From NCBI GenBank assembly GCA_010093745.1, contig MU005968.1, positions 248,001 to 312,000 of the forward strand: a stretch of 64,000 nt of DNA, read 5' to 3'. Positions within the stretch are counted from its first letter, which is position 1; every line of letters begins with the position of its first letter. Below, piece after piece: positions 60,796-64,000 of the stretch. This stretch comes from Piedraia hortae CBS 480.64 (taxonomy: Eukaryota). The notes under the pieces were generated by a model, which ran no database searches, had not been told where the DNA came from, and worked only from the letters and a program-made list of their open reading frames with translations. The position numbers were made by a program, and so were the translations under genes.

Positions 60796-61383
60796 TCACT
60801 CATACTGATCATCCCTCCTCCGGGCCGCCTCCCTCCTCCTCACCACAATCTCCACATCCTTCAACCTCTCGTCCCAACTCGCCCAGCTCTCCCCCGTCTC
60901 CAACACGCCATTCTCATACCACTTCTGCACCACCCTTGCACTCCGCAGCCTTAACTCGGAAACCTCATCCATCTGCCTCCTCTGCCTTTCCATCGCGTCC
61001 GCAATTCTCCCACTAAGCGCCACCAACTTCGCAAACGCCTGCGAATCCGGAACTGCACTCTGCGACTCCAGCTGAGCCAGGTTCGCCGCAGCAGAAGCAA
61101 CAAGGCTGTAGTGCGCGAGGACTAGCTGCGCAAGAGCCGCCGGCGCGAGGTCCGTGGAGTCTGGGAATGGCGAGGGGTTAAAGATGGAGGGGTGTTTCTT
61201 CTGCAGTTCCAGGATTAGAGCGACGGAGGGATGTTTCGCGGCGAGAGAGGCGAGGCCTTTTTCCAGCGTTCGGAGGCGGGATATGGCGGGTTGGGTTGAG
61301 GAGGGCTGAAAGTCGGATGCATTGCCGTGGACGGCGTATTCTACGTGGCGGAGGCGGTCTTCGAGCTGGGCGATGGTGTCCAT
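60796..61383 (-). CDS. ro-10: Nuclear distribution protein RO10 (dynactin p24-like)
   Basis: LEDRLRHVEYAVHG, RLRTLEKGLASL, ELRLRSARVVQKWYENGVL...WASWDERLKDVEIVVRRRE. Confidence 0.8.
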   Translation of the reverse strand: MDTIAQLEDRLRHVEYAVHGNASDFQPSSTQPAISRLRTLEKGLASLAAKHPSVALILELQKKHPSIFNPSPFPDSTDLAPAALAQLVLAHYSLVASAAANLAQLESQSAVPDSQAFAKLVALSGRIADAMERQRRQMDEVSELRLRSARVVQKWYENGVLETGESWASWDERLKDVEIVVRRREAARRRDDQYE

Positions 61384-61448
61384 GCAGGTAGTCTGCCCTC
61401 GTGGACGTCTCAGTAGATGATGCCTCAGGCACGAATACCCCCCCACAT

Positions 61449-61472
61449 CCCCCCCCCCCCCCCCCCCCCCCC
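61449..61472. repeat. C24 homopolymer in a divergent promoter
   Basis: 24 consecutive C between the RO10 and AVT start codons. Confidence 0.9.
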
Positions 61473-61578
61473 ACGCAACCCGAACCACTGCCTGCCTCAG
61501 GCAGATGTCCTTGCCCCAGGGTAGGTTCCCCAGGATGATGCGAGCGCACAATCTCAGGTTGAAATTCTCTAGGACGCA

Positions 61579-63037
61579 ATGTCCCCTCGCCGAAAGACTG
61601 CTGGCCGAGGCAGCGCGTCATGGACCTCCTCCGTAGTAAACCTAGTCAACACTATCGTCGGAGCCGGCGTGCTGGCCATGCCGCATGCAATGTCCAACAT
61701 GGGAGTCGCTCTCGGCATACTGGTCATCTTGTGGGCAGCATTAACCAGCGGGTTCGGACTGTACCTTCAAACCAAATGTGCCCGGTACCTGGAACGGGGG
61801 GGGAGTAGTTTCTTCGCTCTCAGCCAAATTACTTACCCCAATGCTGCGATCTTGTTCGATGGAGCCATTGCGGTCAAGTGCTTTGGTGTGGGGGTCAGTT
61901 ATCTGATTATCATCGGGGATCTTATGCCTGGCGTTGCAAAGGGACTGGGATGGCACGAGGGACAGGCGGCATATCTGGTGGACAGACATTTTTGGGTTAC
62001 GGCGTTCATGTGAGTTCTAGGTGTTGGAACATGTACTTGGCTGACGGTTCCAGGCTGATTGTGATTCCTCTTTCGTTTCTGCGGAGGCTAGACAGTCTGA
62101 AGTACACCTCGCTCGTGGCGCTGGTGTCGATTGCGTATCTGGTCGTGCTGGTGGTCTACCACTTTGCGGCTGGTGACACGCTGGATAGACGGGGAGAGGT
62201 CAACTGGATGCATTGGCAGGGCCCGGTGTCGTCCCTGGCGAGTTTTCCGATCATCGTTTTTGCCTATACTTGTCATCAGAACGTGGGTGTTTCCTTGGGA
62301 CGATGATGGCTGTGCTGACGTGGCAGATGTTCTCGGTGTTGAATGAGATTGCAGACGATTCGCCGAGGAACACTGCTTCGGTTGTGGTTACCTCCGTGGG
62401 CAGCGCTGCTGCTATCTACGTTCTGGTCGCCATTACCGGGTATCTATCCTTTGGGTCAGCAGTGGCGGGCAATATTGTCTCGCAATACATCCCTTCTACG
62501 GCATCCACCATCGGTCGTGCGGCTATCGTGGTGTTGGTCGTCTTCAGCTATCCACTGCAGGTCCATCCGTGCAGAGCATCCGTCGATGCTGTCCTACGCT
62601 GGAGGCCCAGGAAGAGGACCTCAGCGGCCAACAACGACTCCAATCAGCGGGAGGAAATGTCCGAGGTGCGGTTTGCCATCCTCACCACCGCCATCATTGT
62701 CCTCTCCTACGCATGTGCCGTGACCATCAACAGTCTGGACAAAGTCTTGGCCTACGTTGGAAGCACCGGCTCTACATGCATATCGTTCATCCTTCCGGGC
62801 CTATTTTACTACAAAATCAGCAGCCCCGACTCTCCGCACCACCAAAGACTGCTCAAGGACGAGGACGAAGAGTACGAGTCTCCCACCCGGCGCGACATCA
62901 CAACCCCTTGGGTGACCAAAAGCCGAGAACGGAATCAGAGGATGCTACGCGACGCCGCCCTGGCGCTGGCCGTCTACGGCGTGGTGGTCATGGTGGTCTG
63001 TCTTGTCATGAATACATTTTTCATAGTGTCTTCATAG
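61579..63037 (+). CDS. Vacuolar amino-acid transporter, AVT5/6/7 (Aa_trans) family; introns 62010-62053, 62283-62326
   Basis: SSVVNLVNTIVGAGVLAMP, AIAVKCFGVGVSYLIIIGDLMP, LRRLDSLKYTS, FAYTCHQN, SYPLQVHPCRAS, GSTGST. Confidence 0.93.
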
Positions 63038-63176
63038 GGACGTCACCGTTGGATAGTTTCGCTCACCGCATTAGGAAATCGTCACGATCGTCTTCGTCAC
63101 AGCCGCATGCGCCTTGCCATGACGTCACCGCCTCGCCCCGTACCATCACCAGGCTGGGCAATGCGCCCTCGCCATC

Positions 63177-64000
63177 ATGCCCAATCCCCCAGACCTCGCG
63201 GCCCAAGCGGCGGCGGAATCGATCTTCGAACAAGCCGGCGCAGCCCTAAGCGGCGACCGTGACGGCCACACCTTGGCCGGCCAGAACGCCCCTCTCGACC
63301 CACCCGCCGACAACAACCATGTAATCCCTCCCCCCGCCTACGGCGAACACTACGGCCAAGTCAAAGACGACGAGAGCGGGCTTGGGACAGACGCCCGCGT
63401 CGGCACCGACGGGCGCGTCAACATCCGGATCAGCCAGAAGGACCACAAGCTCGCCAATCTCCTCCATCCCGTGTTGAAGAGACATCGGGATGCGGAGGAG
63501 AGGAAAGAGCCCCCACCGGGGTACATCCCCGGCGACGAGGGCGTGCCGCCTATGAATGTCGTCGTCCACGTGGTTGGCTCGCAGGGGGATGTGCAGCCGT
63601 TTGTTGCGCTGGGGAAGGCGCTGAAGGAGAGATTTGACCACCGGGTGCGGTTGGCAACGCATCCTGTTTTCCAGGATTTCGTAACGAAAAACGGGCTGGA
63701 GTTTTTCAGCATAGGCGCCGATCCGGCGGAGTTGATGGCGTTCATGGTTAAGAATCCGGGTTTGATGCCGGGTTTCGATACGCTTAGACGTGGGGAGGTG
63801 GGGAAACGAAGGAGGGAGGTGGCCGAGTACATCAAAGGATGCTGGAGATCGTGTTACGAGGCCGGTAACGGACTCGGAGCGGAGGCTAACGATAAAACCG
63901 TCGAAGATTGGAGCAGTCATAGGCCGTTTGTTGCCGACTGCATCGTGGCCAATCCGCCGTCCTTTGCGCATATCCACTGTGCAGAGAAACTGGGAATCCC
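63177..64000 (+). CDS. Sterol 3-beta-glucosyltransferase-like (GT1, GT28 N-terminal domain); runs off the window
   Basis: DGRVNIRI, MNVVVHVVGSQGDVQPFVALG, HRVRLATH, DPAELMAFMVKNPGL, IVANPPSFAHIHCAEKLGI. Confidence 0.9.
   Translation, partial: MPNPPDLAAQAAAESIFEQAGAALSGDRDGHTLAGQNAPLDPPADNNHVIPPPAYGEHYGQVKDDESGLGTDARVGTDGRVNIRISQKDHKLANLLHPVLKRHRDAEERKEPPPGYIPGDEGVPPMNVVVHVVGSQGDVQPFVALGKALKERFDHRVRLATHPVFQDFVTKNGLEFFSIGADPAELMAFMVKNPGLMPGFDTLRRGEVGKRRREVAEYIKGCWRSCYEAGNGLGAEANDKTVEDWSSHRPFVADCIVANPPSFAHIHCAEKLGI

Noticed and set aside
63246..63977. Long antisense ORFs opposite real genes (also 45579, 48786, 9873, 6792)
   Set aside because: Shadow frames of GC-rich coding sequence with no protein motifs.

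Overview
Genomic DNA of a filamentous ascomycete with short (43-62 nt) GT-AG introns and very short intergenic spacers. There are three blocks of conserved genes: (1) HSV2/ATG18-like PROPPIN, septin CDC11/AspA, MRPS16 and SF3A2/SAP62 at 1.3-8.9 kb; (2) a TFB6-like gene, a GT25 glycosyltransferase, a sedolisin/TPP and a YSA1-type Nudix hydrolase at 44.6-50.4 kb; (3) URA5, RO10, an AVT-family transporter and a sterol glucosyltransferase at 59.8-64 kb. Two transposon-rich islands separate them (~11.3-44.5 kb and ~50.4-59.7 kb). The islands hold Gypsy, Copia, Tad1-like LINE, hAT and CACTA/CMC-like relics, many copies of a ~360-bp solo LTR (four with exact 5-bp TSDs), four decayed copies of an unknown gene family and one intact NACHT-WD40 NLR. 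Two pseudogenes of one kinase family also occur in the window. The most striking observation is in the Nudix gene: two adjacent 60-nt homologous segments, each GT...CAG and each encoding a version of the post-Nudix-box loop. This predicts mutually exclusive isoforms made by overlapping introns, with or without the ADPRase signature proline. Other highlights are one LTR copy split at its central palindrome by 3.2 kb of mosaic Gypsy DNA, and a hairpin conserved across LTR families. All calls come from reading the sequence; no searches were run.
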